Shown here one piece after another: positions 44,619 through 57,284 of a stretch of DNA of 64,000 bases. The stretch is from Eledone cirrhosa. Its lineage: Eukaryota. Positions within the stretch are counted from its first letter, which is position 1; every line of letters begins with the position of its first letter. The stretch spans positions 66,588,001 to 66,652,000 of the forward strand of contig OZ024746.1 of the NCBI GenBank assembly GCA_964016885.1, given 5' to 3'. The position numbers and the translations under genes are program-made. The notes beneath the pieces are model-generated. The model saw only the letters and a list, made by a program, of their open reading frames with translations, was not told where the DNA came from and did no database searches.

Positions 44619-45121
44619 GTTGGTGCGACCAATAACTAAAGAAAGTTATTGGGACACGTTATATAGGGTGAAGCGAGTGAGACATGTAAACAAACATAGA
44701 TGGTAATGCAACGGAAAGAGAGGAAGAGAAGAGACAAGTCCGTGATATCTATGAACTTAAGCTCGGTGAAATCATAGACGAGAGGTAAAGACCATCCGAC
44801 CTGGGCGAGATGTAAGCGAGAAAATGTTTTCACACAGGTCAAACGGGAGGAAGTGATAGAGGGGGAGAAGCAGAGAAAGAGTGAGTGAAAGGGTGAGGGA
44901 GAGGCCAGCTGAGAGAGAGACTGGTTATACCTCTGGTTGGTGCGAGCAATAACTAAAAAAAAAGTTATTGGGACACGTAAATTAGGGTAAAGCGAGCGAG
45001 ACATGTAAACAAACGGAGATGGTAATGGAACGGAAAGATAGGAAGAGAAGAGACAAGTCCGTGATATCTATGAACTTAAGCTCGGAGAAATCATAGACGA
45101 GAGGCAGATATCACGGACTTG
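44619..45121. repeat. 317-bp partial tandem duplication ending in a short inversion
   Basis: 44619-44786 is repeated at 44936-45103. 45105-45121 is the reverse complement of CAAGTCCGTGATATCT. Confidence 0.85.
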
Positions 45122-45956
45122 AATCAATAATGAATACATGCAAAACACAGAGTACATATATGCAAAATGATCCATATTATTGTCAATTTGTTCATGTATA
45201 GATTGAATTGAGGGGGCTTCTGTTCAAATGCGATTTGGTGCAGGAAAATAGGGGTTTATCTTAGTTTTTGTTTCCGCGTATTTATCCCGCCGAAAATTAT
45301 TATTATGTCCGTCCAGTGTAAAGGGTTTCCATCCCCATGGTAGAGGGAATTTCCTGGTGTAGCTTATGGTTGGTTCCTCTCTTCTCCACCATATCGATTA
45401 CATCGTAAAGCGCTCAACTATTGGAGCTAATTATTAGGGTAAACATTGATGCAATTCAAATCAAGCACTCAACGTACTTTTTCCACATAGGAGTGACGGA
45501 GTAAATATCGAATAAGGAAAAGCGAAGTAGTTTCAGATGTTCAAGTCTTTTAATAATAATATATATCACAGCATTATTCTCTATTCTCTATTCTCATTAT
45601 ACTCTAAACATAAATTATACTCTAAACATAAATTTAACATTTCTAGTTGTTAATCGTAATTTCTGACCCTACAATATACTGTGCAGACGCCCACTATATA
45701 TAGCCTTGTTAAAGATATGTGTTGTTTTTTTAAAATATATTTCGTAGCACTTTTTAGCACTTCTAACCAACTTGAAAGTAACCTGATCTCACCGCTGACC
45801 TCTGATTATGACGGGTGAGAGTAGTACACTATAACCCTACGCCTCTTCACCAGGAGTGCGGCTGACCGGGCTAGAAGCTGCTAAATATTCGGCCGCCCGC
45901 CTATCTCTGTTTTTCAGCCCCATGGGTTTTGTCTATATTCCTTTGTTAAATTTCGA

Positions 45957-46014
45957 ATACCTGATGATTTCACCGGAATCATACTGAAGCCGGTCACTGA
46001 AATGATCATAGTAT
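45957..46014 (+). ncRNA. Type I hammerhead, family D
   Basis: ATAC-CTGATGA-TTTC-ACCGG...CCGGT-CACT-GAAA-TGATCA-TA-GTAT, followed by AATAAA and a repeat end at (TA)n. Confidence 0.7.
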
Positions 46015-46058
46015 AATAAACCTTTTAAGGAATTACACCAGTCCAGCCTCCTGTTATT

Positions 46059-46159
<101 letters not shown>

Positions 46160-46373
46160 TTATATATATATACATTATATATATATATATATAGTATTGA
46201 TTATTCTATTTGTGGTTATGCAAATACCAAACCTTTTGTAGTTATAAATATTTTTATAAACCCTAAATAGTGGTAGGCAGTAATATACTACCACCTTATT
46301 ACCAGTAAGTTAAATACATCAATGTAATAACATCAGAGCAGTTATATGATTATATAATTCATATATATATATT

Positions 46374-46460
<87 letters not shown>

Positions 46461-46544
46461 ATAATAATAAATTTGAAGACTAAAATCCAAAGAGGGCTCG
46501 ATAAGGATAAATATATATCAAATATATAAGAACCGTAGAGCAAA

Positions 46545-47142
46545 TATTTATTAAAATAACAGATTAAAGTTTAAGCAAAGAATCGCTGCTTTCACCCTTA
46601 ACGGGATCTTCTGAAACTAACAAAGTCAATCTGTAAACGCAGAAGTTGATATTTCAAAAAACGTTGCAACCGGAGGAAGACAAGAAGACGATACTTTGGT
46701 TCGTGGAAACATTCGCTATGCAAATAAGTAATGGTATAAATAAAACATATACTTAGCTCCCACATCAAGACGTAAAATATCCACGTATAGATCGTACTAT
46801 CCGTTAGGGTATAACGTGGGGCTGTAATACAGGAAGGTTTTGTGCAATTTATGTTTACAAGCCGAAATTGCCTCAGATTTTTTGTTTAAGATGTGATCTG
46901 TGGCGTAAAGTAATTACCGGGCCTCAGCGGCGCAGAGGTCACATGGTCTTTTATTTCCGTTATACGATCTAGCCCTAGCTAGGATCTCCCAGTGTAACTT
47001 ATATTGGGTGTGGTTGTCTTTTAGACTCCAGATATAAGCTGAAAGTGACGTTATATTCTTTCTTAGAGGGAAACGAAAAGAATGGGTATGCATGTAAAGA
47101 CGCTGCTTGAATCTATTGGCGGTTAACCCTATGTAGGCCCTA
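46545..47142 (-). mobile_element. Third PLE remnant: GIY-YIG C-terminus plus 3' pLTR
   Basis: RAYIGLTANRFKQRLYMH...LSAYIW...CDLC...LNKKSE..SACKH. Its 3' region is repeated at 34520-34680 and 35680-35790. Confidence 0.85.
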
Positions 47143-48171
47143 CATATATATATATATATATATTCGTGGGTATCGGAAGTAATAATACTCATAACATATT
47201 TAATCGGCTCGAAGAAACGTACGAAGTTCGCATGTAATGAATTCGTAAGGAGGAAATAATCGAAGGAAAACTTGTTATGAGTAGAATCAATTATATTATT
47301 TTTCATAGTGAAAAGGTTAGAATTGAAACCGTAAAAATATATTGGCATTGAATACCGTCTCCCGTTAAATGATTCCAAACGGAAATAGAAATGTGGCACT
47401 GCTTCAAATTTGAGTGCATACTTTGTAACCTATAAAGTAGAAGCTTTGTTTATTTGACACACTTCTAAATCTATATCTATGTCTTATTAAAGACTGATTT
47501 ATATGTAAATAGACCCACCGTATGCGAGAATAGACCTTGAAATATCTGTACTTAATGCTATTCGAAAATGGTCAAGATTGCAAATGTCAGTTTACGAATT
47601 AAGTATATTTTTAAATATTCGAGAGCAACAAAGATGATTTGAAAGGAGACACTACAAGCTGCATTTCAGCGGCAATATCTTGGTCCAATGAGAATTTTTC
47701 AGAGGACAGATACGCTTCTCCTGCAATAGAAACGTATTACGTTTGAGGTTTCAATAATAACAAGCGCATATAAATGTCAAGATGAGCATATTTTCTTCCA
47801 TTTCAATGTAATACTGAATTGAAGGTGACGATTTGAACATTAACGTAAGAGCCCATCCGTCTGTGCGGGGCTAACAGAGCGTGTAAAACCCGTTAGCCTT
47901 GAGAATAGAATGTTTTATTTTACTAATATCACATGGTGTATTCAATAATACTTTAAGCTATTTGGAATATGTGTGTGTGTGTGTGTGGAACTAGCTTTCG
48001 AAACAGCAACAGCGCAGCCGTCTAGTCCGGATTCTTTATAATACACACACACACAGGATTTTCCGTAGTACGTGTGTAGTTCAGTCCTAAGTAAGACGTG
48101 TAGGCAATAGGGACTGAAGAATGAAAATCTTGAGTATAATATAATTTTCTTTATCTTAAATTTAACCATAC

Positions 48172-48249
48172 ACTCCTGAAGTCCTTTGGACATTCGTGAA
48201 ATGAGAAATTCTGAATTTCTAATACTTTTATATGAATAATCTCTTTTAC
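48172..48249 (-). CDS. Candidate host-gene exon
   Basis: tttttctacag|78 nt|GTATGG. Open in phase 0 (VKEIIHIKVLEIQNFSFHECPKDFRS) and also in phase 1. Confidence 0.35.
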
Positions 48250-48620
48250 CTGTAGAAAAAATATTGTTCTATTTAAATTCATGTTAACGACAGCTTTACA
48301 TTACACGCAACAAAATACCGTATTTATGAACTTATACTTAAAAATATATTCTAAGGCATACGGAATTCCATTTTCTACTGTTCATACATCATGATTCTTT
48401 CTATCTTTTCTGTTATATCTTCTCAATACAGATATATGAAAATCACTACACTAATTCTGTATATTTCAATATTATAGCACATATATTCGTAAAATGGTTT
48501 TCATAAATGTAAACTCGCATATCTGAGGAGGTGTCGCTCAAGAGTCGCGACCAATTGACCAATATCGAAACAGTTGTAATATGCAGTAAAGTTTAATAAC
48601 AAGCGGCAAATCTGACTTCC

Positions 48621-48694
<74 letters not shown>

Positions 48695-48851
48695 TGGAAT
48701 AAATGCTCTGAAATAGCGATATATATGTGAATATAGACATAGAATATTCGAAAATATTCTGTATGTTTATAATAAACATTTTGAAGACCTAATCGCTATA
48801 GAATAGAATACGTCACGTATTACAATTAGATTCTCGATAAAAGCAAGGGAA

Positions 48852-48894
48852 GTAATCTACGCGTTTCATTCTCGTTAGAAATCATCAGGACTAC
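48852..48894 (-). ncRNA. Type I hammerhead, array unit 1 (identical at 49162-49204 and 49472-49514)
   Basis: Reverse complement of GTAGTC-CTGATGA-TTTCT-AACG-AGAAT-GAAA-CGCG-TA-GATTAC. Confidence 0.88.
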
Positions 48895-49901
48895 ATATCC
48901 AGTGCTTTTATCGAGAATGACACAGCTAGAGACTTATAGAATACTTAGCTGTGTACAGGAACTGGTTTGAAAGAGCGGTTGCCGGTCCGGCAGAAATTAG
49001 AAATTGGAATAAATGCTCTGAAATAGCGATATATATGTGAATATAGACATAGAATATTCGAAAATATTCTGTATGTTTATAATAAACATTTTGAAGACCT
49101 AATCGCTATAGAATAGAATACGTCACGTATTACAATTAGATTCTCGATAAAAGCAAGGGAAGTAATCTACGCGTTTCATTCTCGTTAGAAATCATCAGGA
49201 CTACATATCCAGTGCTTTTATCGAGAATGACACAGCTAGAGACTTATAGAATACTTAGCTGTGTACAGGAACTGGTTTGAAAGAGCGGTTGCCGGTCCGG
49301 CAGAAATTAGAAATTGGAATAAATGCTCTGAAATAGCGATATATATGTGAATATAGACATAGAATATTCGAAAATATTCTGTATGTTTATAATAAACATT
49401 TTGAAGACCTAATCGCTATAGAATAGAATACGTCACGTATTACAATTAGATTCTCGATAAAAGCAAGGGAAGTAATCTACGCGTTTCATTCTCGTTAGAA
49501 ATCATCAGGACTACATATCCAGTGCTTTTATCGAGAATGACACAGCTAGAGACTTATAGAATACTTAGCTGTGAACAGAATATTTTCGAATATTCTATGT
49601 CTATATTCACATATATATCGCTATTTCAGAGCATTTATTCCAATTTCTAATCATCAGGACTACATATCCAGTGCTTTTATCGAGAATGACACAGCTAGAG
49701 ACTTATAGAATACTTAGCTGTGAACAGAATATTTTCGAATATTCTATGTCTATATTCACATATATATCGCTATTTCAGAGCATTTATTCCAATTTCTAAT
49801 TTCTGCCGGACCGGCAACCGCTCTTTCAAACCAGTTCCTGTACACAGCTAAGTATTCTATAAGTCTCTAGCTGTGTCATTCTCGATAAAAGCACTGGATA
49901 T

Positions 49902-49944
49902 GTAGTCCTGATGATTTCTAACGAGAATGAAACGCGTAGATTAC
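49902..49944 (+). ncRNA. Type I hammerhead, inverted array unit (identical at 50212-50254)
   Basis: GTAGTC/GATTAC stem I, CTGATGA, TTCT-AACG-AGAA stem II, GAAA, palindromic ACGCGT stem III, GUA site. Confidence 0.88.
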
Positions 49945-50366
49945 TTCCCTTGCTTTTATCGAGAATCTAATTGTAATACGTGACGTATTCTATTCTATAG
50001 CGATTAGGTCTTCAAAATGTTTATTATAAACATACAGAATATTTTCGAATATTCTATGTCTATATTCACATATATATCGCTATTTCAGAGCATTTATTCC
50101 AATGTCTAATTTCTGCCGGACCGGCAACCGCTCTTTCAAACCAGTTCCTGTACACAGCTAAGTATTCTATAAGTCTCTAGCTGTGTCATTCTCGATAAAA
50201 GCACTGGATATGTAGTCCTGATGATTTCTAACGAGAATGAAACGCGTAGATTACTTCCCTTGCTTTTATCGAGAATCTAATTGTAATACGTGACGTATTC
50301 TATTCTATAGCGATTAGGTCTTCAAAATGTTTATTATAAACATACAGAATATTTTCGAATATTCTA

Positions 50367-50413
<47 letters not shown>

Positions 50414-50595
50414 GTGTGATATTGTATTTAATCTCAGAAGAATATACACACGGCACATCTGCATAGACCCATGAAAATAAAATAGAAAACAATTGGCTTC
50501 ATGTTCCAAAAATATGATCGAGATTCCATGCAATGTTTGTAAGATTGGCCGAGATACATTTTAGTTAAGTTCAGAAGTTTCAGGAATATAATAAC

Positions 50596-50645
<50 letters not shown>

Positions 50646-50900
50646 TTTCTTTATTAACCACAAGGGTTTACATAAAGTAGATATTAAGGACAGTGCAGGA
50701 CAATATAGTACGGTACAAATACAAATGGGCATTTCTGCGTGTAAAACACAAAAACAGAGGATGTAACAAAAAAATAACAATGAAAAATTCCCCAATAGGG
50801 GGGAGACATCGGAGGGACTTTTGTGGTGAAAGCCCAGTAAAAGGCCACAGTGACCCTGACCACCAAGGCAAGTGCCCTCTCCCAGTTTTCCACCTTTAAT

Positions 50901-53440
50901 TTACAAATATATACTCAGAGTAGGCCCATTCACTCGGGCCATTCTTGCTTCTCTCACCCATCTTTCAACAAAATGCTGGGAAGAGAGCACTTCCCTCTCT
51001 ACTCTGATTTTCCTTTTCAAATGAAATTTGAAAAAGTCAATCAGGGCATCACCGAAGAGGTAAGTGCTCGTCTTCAGCCCTTTCAAACGTATCCACCATA
51101 CTATCTCTTTCGCCATGGCCACCCGCCTGCCCTTCCCGGCTAAAGGAGGAGGGCGGGGCAATCCTCACGATGGACTCAGATGATAGCCGTATGCGTCCTA
51201 CACGCGACAGCAGGTGTTCAACATAAACCCACAAGTCAACAATTTTCGGACACTGGACGAGTGCGTGCAGGACGGTTTCGTGGCCCTGCGAGCATCTCGG
51301 ACATGTCCGGCTGACGGCACCTCCGCGCCTGTAGAGTTTATCCCGAACTGGCAAGGCTCCTCGGTAGCACTGCCAGGCCAGAGATTTCTGGAAGTTGTCC
51401 ATAAGCCCTGGCCCGAAAGTTCTTCCGAAGAGATTGGCTAGTTGATTTTCGCCGACGCCTAGAGTTTCCCCAAGTACGTCGTTTCTCTTCCCTTCTTCGC
51501 TCTTCCCCTCCACTAATCCTCTATAGAACGCCGAGGTGGAGTTTCCACCGATCACATTGCCCGATTGGTCGAGGGCTGTGAGCGCCTGAAGATAGTCCAG
51601 TTTCCAGGCGCTCCCTCTCGGTCTTCGCTTGACCCAGGACACCCGCTAGGTAACGATAGTCGACCCTATCGAAAGCTTTCGACTGATCTAAATTGATCAA
51701 GGACCCACCCGTGCCAGGTTCCCTAGCTGCCCTGTCTACGATGTATTGCATGAGGTGGAGGTTGTCGTGGATGGATCTGTCGGGAATGGCGCACGTCTGC
51801 GCCTCTCCCACCAGACCACCAACGACAAGCGCCAACCTCTTTGCTAGCACCTTGGCAAAAATCTTGAACCCTGTGTTTAGCAGGGTTATGGGCCTGAAAT
51901 TATTTATGTTATCACCCTTGTTCGGATCCTTTCTCAGGAGCGCCACAGCTCCTCTGCTCACAGAGCTGGGAATTCTCCCGTTCTGTTGCCAGTTGCAGTA
52001 GACGTCCGCCAAGACGCCTCCGAACAAGTCTGGCATCTGTACGTGAGGTTCATAGGGCAGACCATCCAAACCAGGCGATTTACCCCTTGTGCAGCCAGTC
52101 AGTGCCTCCCGTATTTCAGCGGCTGTTATCGGTTTTTCGCAACACTCCACCTCAGTGGCTTAGAGCCGCGTCAGTCCGTCGTCGTAGACACTAAAGTCCA
52201 TCCCTCGAACCGGCCCGTCGCTGCCCCCGAACAGCTGTTCGAAGTGTCGCTGTAAAGCTTCACACATTTTCCCGGGATCGAGTAGCATGCGCCCGTCGTG
52301 GTCCACCAAAGACCGGATCGTGGCTTTGTTGCCATGACGCGCTTCCGCCACTCGGGCCCATTGAGCGGCTTTCGTCTCCTCGTGTCTGAGAGCACGCACC
52401 CTAGCTCTGACAACGCGGCCTTCGTGCTTTGCATTGAAGAATTGGTCAAGGGCCAATTTCGCCGCAAGTACGTCGGTCACGACGCCTTTGCTAAGAGCCT
52501 CATCTAATTTTCTAACTAATTCTCCCTCCGCTCTATTTTTCTCTATTGCTAAAGCCTTACTAAACCTAATGGACTCTATTCTAATTGCTCTTTTCAGAGC
52601 AAACGACCACTTGTTGTTGACGATGGCGCCCGTCAACGCCCGCTTAACTAGTTCGCTAATCCGGTCTCTGTAGGCCTTGCGTGCTGGTAAGGACGCGTTT
52701 AGCTTTCAGTAGCCGGGTCCTCGTCTATGAAGCCTATCTAAGTCAAGCAGACAGATTACGAATTTGTGGTCCGTGTAGCTGACTATCTTGAATTTTGGAC
52801 AGCCTATGCAAGACCTATCGATTTCCCTACAAAATACTCTATCTAGATATGATCTGGATGACCCTATGCGATTTGTCCAAGCCCACAGTGGCACATTCGG
52901 GAAATCAAATCGGTACCTGTCAGACAGTTCAAAACGCCTGAGCAGGTTGGTGAGGCTTTTGCACCCTCCTCCCCTATCCGATGATCCCACACAGTCCCAG
53001 AGTGCGTCTAAGATCCCGTTCCAGTCGCCCACTAACACTAAAGAGCGGGACGTTTCAAGAAAGGTCTCTAGACGCAGAAAGGAGTCAGGCCGCCCTGCTC
53101 CTGTCGGGGCATAGACGGCCACTAGCCTTAAAGCTTGCCCGTCTCCGCTGGTCACGTCTATCACCACCAACTTACCTTCTGCGTCCAGGAAGATGGCCTG
53201 TATGGCGAGATCCAAACCTCTCCGAAAGAGCACAGCAACTCCTCCCCCCGATCCCCGATGGCTGGGAGATGCGTACACATCGTAGCCGCCGAAGATCGGT
53301 GCGAAGGCCCGTGCTTCGGACAGTCTGGTCTTGCTGATGGCCACTACATCTATGTTTAGTGACATGAGGTCGCTGAGCAGGTGGCCCTGCTTCCATGACG
53401 ACCCCAAGCCACCCGCATTTATGCTGCCTCCGGAAGGATG
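50901..53440 (-). pseudogene. LINE ORF2 (APE endonuclease, partial RT, zf-RVT), frameshifted
   Basis: LVAVYAP, LVGDWN, SYLDRV, YTDHK; KSPGLDGL, NFRPITLLN, LDQSKAFDRV; CPRC...ETVLHALVQC. The QG.PLSP and YADD motifs are missing. Confidence 0.9.
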
Positions 53441-53469
53441 TCCTTATAAATCCTCCTGGAGAGTGTTTG

Positions 53470-55310
53470 TCAGAAGTCTCCATTGTCTTTGGTGAATTTT
53501 TGTTTTAGTGTCGTACACGTTTTCTGTGTGATGCGAGTGATTTGTATGTGTGGAGGTGGTGTGAACTTTTGGGTTGTTGTGTAGTCTTTTTCTGTGATGC
53601 TGGTGTTGTGTTGGATGTAGTGTAATAATTGGTTGTTGTTCAAATTTAACGTTGTGTAGAGTGTATCGTTTTGGTTGTTTTGTTTTGTTTGCGTTTGTTG
53701 TGGGTTTGTTTCTGTTTCGCTTTTTGGTGACTTTTGTGGTGTTGGTGATGGTGGTGTTGGTGTTAATGATGGTGATGGTGTTGGCGTTTGTGGTGATGGG
53801 GTTGGTGATGCTGGTGTGGATGGTGGCATATCTGTCCTAACTTTTTTGTTTGATAGTTTATTTGTTTCCCACTGTATTTTGTTTTTGGAGGGGGAGGGAA
53901 GAGAATTTTTTTCTTTTTTGGTTTCTTTTTTTCTTTTTTCCTGATACCGTTTCCCACTCCTCGTCGTCACAATCTGTCTCCAGTTGTGATAGGCCGGTGA
54001 GTGTAAAATCCTCCACAGGCGTTAGTTTTTGTTTTTGGCGTGGTGGATGGTGTAGGCGCTGGTGCTAGTTCTGGCGCGTTGGGTGGTGTTGGTTTTGCTA
54101 CTGTTGCTGGGGTTGTTGCTGTTACAGTTGTTTCTGTTGTTGCTGCTACAGTTGTTGCTGCCATCACTGCTGCTTGTGGTGTTGATGGTTGAGTCACTGG
54201 GGTTGGTAAGGGAGGTGGCCTCAACCTTTTAGCCTGAGGGCAGAAAGCCCTTAGGTGGGTTCCTTCACGACAAACGACACACCAAGCCTTCTGCCCTCGA
54301 CGATTACGGTGAGGTGCCTGCCGTCAGTGAGGTCTATTACCTCTGGGATCTCCTCAATGCTTTTTTTGTCCGCTTGGATCAGGAGCTCCATCCCTGATCC
54401 GGACCAGTTCTCCTGCTTTTCTTTCGCTATTTCGATTATCTTGGTGTTAGCTTCGATGCCGGCGAGGACGGCAGCTATTAGCCAGGGAATTTCGATGGCC
54501 GGTGGAACGTGGGTCACCCTGATCTTTACGAGTCTCTGGCCACAATAGCTTGGGACGAGTGTGAAGTCGTCACTTCTTAATGGGGCCATGGAGTGTTCTT
54601 TAGCCTCCTGTCGTGTTTTAAAGAACACTTCCACGTTCCATATTTCTGCCCACGTCTGATGTGGGGTTTTTAGCCCACACATGTCCCAAAGCTTTTTGGA
54701 TTTGGGACTCGGATGCCCGTTCCACTCGGCGCGATTTTATATTAATGTTTCGATAAGACACGGTGCTTAGGCGCCGATGCTCCATTTTATTAGATGAAGG
54801 GGGGGAGGCTGACCCTGTACCCATCTTTCTTTACCATTTTTTGGCTTCTTCTAATTCCTCCTGAGTTACCTGAAGTGCTTCGCACTGTTTTGCTACTCTG
54901 GCAAAACTCAGGGTGGTTTTCTTAATGACATTGTTGCTGTTGTTGTTATCGTTATTTTTGTTATTATTAATTTTAGTTTCAGTTGTGGTGGTGGTGGTGT
55001 CAGTGGTGTTCGGTGTGGAAGAGTTCATTTTGGTTGAATTCATTTCGATATCACGAGTTAATTTATATTTTTCTTTTGTTTCTGTTGTCGCGGTGATGGT
55101 GGGGGTGGTGGTTGTCACGGTGGTGGTGGTGGTGGCGGCTTTAACACCTGCAGTAATTGGTAATGGCGGGAAATGAATGTCTGCCTGAGACAAATTTAAA
55201 ATATTGCTACTGCTTATATTTTTCGTGTTGGCAAACGTAGTAATATTTACAATGGTGGTGTCGGTGTGAGATGTTAGTTTGTGAGGAAGGAGTGACTCTG
55301 AGTCATCCAT
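53470..55310 (-). pseudogene. LINE ORF1 (T/N/P-rich ends, central domain, CCHC zinc knuckle), disrupted
   Basis: Split over ORFs 54831-55310, 54618-54824, 54251-54682, 53967-54224 and 53470-53970. A frameshifted CVVCREGTHLRAFC (CX2CX4HX4C) lies at ~54240-54282. Confidence 0.75.
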
Positions 55311-55524
55311 GATTTTTCAAAGGAAGATTTTTGTTTGATAATTATAAAAGTTTAAATTTTGGGCTCAAGGCCCCAATCTTTTTGAGTGTCCTTTTCGGAA
55401 AACAATGTATGTGCCCTTATATACAGTTAACAATAAAACTTTTCCATAAATGGAAATTTTAAACAAACGAAAACAACAAACCTTTGTGGAGCTCACGATG
55501 ATACGATTTACTACGTAGGTCGCC

Positions 55525-55570
<46 letters not shown>

Positions 55571-55572
<2 letters not shown>

Positions 55573-55960
55573 GAATGTATCTATAAAAAACATTTGAAAA
55601 ATTGAGCAAGTATAAGGACCTGCAGATAGAAATTGGAAAAATGTGGAAATTGAGAACTAAAACAATACCAGTGGTTGTAGGCGCTCTAGGAATGATACCT
55701 AAAGGGTCTAATGATTACTTATCGCAAATCCCAGGAAACCCGCGTATAGGAGAAATACAAAAGATAGTACTAATTCGAACTGCCCATATACTAAGGAAGA
55801 TTCTGTCAATATAAGTACATCACAAGTCTAAACACCTAAAAATGCATGCGTGTGTATGTATGTTCTTTCTTGAACATAGCGGACCTTGTTGTCTCTTGAG
55901 GTCACTGGTTGTGACTTGGTGATAACTCTTACGAACATAAAGCAAGATAAATGCAGCTGT
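55571..55960 (+). mobile_element. R4/Dong-clade 3' end (REL endonuclease C-terminus + 3' UTR) in (TAA)n
   Basis: EKLSKYKDLQIEIGKMW...IPVVVGALG...IQKIVL..TAHILRKIL. (AAT)n lies on both sides. Confidence 0.8.
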
Positions 55961-55973
55961 AATAATAATAATA

Positions 55974-56012
<39 letters not shown>

Positions 56013-56032
56013 CTGATGATGATAATAATAAT

Positions 56033-56066
<34 letters not shown>

Positions 56067-56760
56067 TTAAGATACATGGACTTTACTCATGTAAAAACAG
56101 GCGTTATATAACCGACTAAATCACCAACGCGATCCCTATGGATGTTACTATATAACAGAGAAGCACTGAACCTCAAAACATAAAGCAAAGTATCTTCGGT
56201 AATAAAAATGTTTTTTCGAAGTATATAAGAGCACATCTCATAAACTATATGACTGTAAATCTAGCGATGGTATTGATTATGTTTCACATGATGATCATGA
56301 TGAGTTGAATGAGAGATTGTTGCTTGAAGGGAAAAGGAAGAATTGTGATGTAAGAAAAAAGATTGAAGCATAAGAAGTAGAAAGTAGAATCTCCAAATGT
56401 TAATCATTATCTCATTGAAGCAGTATGAGCATTACAATAGTACCTCTAATGAATTCATGTTAATTTTTACCCATGTATTAAATTGGGTGTCATTAGCAAA
56501 TAATTATCATCCAGTAGATTTGAGAGTGTAAGTTAAATAGTTTCCATTAGGCACGTATATACACACAAACAGAAGCATATACATGCACACAGACACACGC
56601 GCACACACATATACATATACATACATACACATACACACACACACACACATATATATATACATATATATGCATATATATATATACATATATATACATATAT
56701 ATATATATAATTTTAGTCTTCAAATTTATTATTATTACTATATATATATATATATATATA

Positions 56761-57284
56761 AATGGAAAAAATGAAACGAAAGTTCATTTCTCACTCTTAG
56801 TACGGCTGTTTCATAAATATAAGTATGTATACGTACATACATATATGTATACAGACGTACAGTAGTATGTATATATACATACAGGCACACATATATATAT
56901 GTACGTATCGGTTTACCGAACATTTATTATAATGTTCGGTTTGTTTGTTTGTAAACAAACAAACAGCCCGAATTACGCCGTACAGTGTTCAAGCAACCAT
57001 CGTCGCCCTTTTGTTCAACACTGACAAAGGAACGATGTACTAGTTTCAAGCTTGAAACTAGTATATCGTTCCTTTGTCAGTGTTGAACAAAAGGGGAACG
57101 ATGGTTGCTAAACACTGTACGGCGTAATCCGGGCTGTTTGTTTGTTTACAGCATTATAATAAATGTTCGATAAACCCATACGTACATATATATATGTGTG
57201 CCTGTATGTATATATATACATACTACTGTACGTCTATATACATATATGTATGTACGTATACATATATGTATGTACGTATACATA

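Larger units (their letters stand above)
48691..50375. repeat. 310-bp tandem array with one hammerhead per unit and a central inversion (retrozyme-like)
   Basis: Units start at 48691, 49001 and 49311 and are essentially identical. Orientation flips at ~49574/49723 and inverted units run to 50375. (TA)n lies on both sides. Confidence 0.95.
50644..55524 (-). mobile_element. Tx1/L1-clade LINE, both ends present, internally deleted
   Basis: ORF1 with a CCHC knuckle, ORF2 with APE, RT and a C-terminal Zn finger. The 3' end is AATAAAGAAATC. (AAT)n flanks both sides. Confidence 0.9.

Noticed and set aside
48691-50375. CRISPR-like or simple satellite interpretation of the array
   Set aside because: The units are identical 310-mers with no unique spacers and no cas genes, and the context is eukaryotic.
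51214-55176. Plus-strand ORFs overlapping the LINE
   Set aside because: They are antisense shadows of GC-rich LINE coding sequence.
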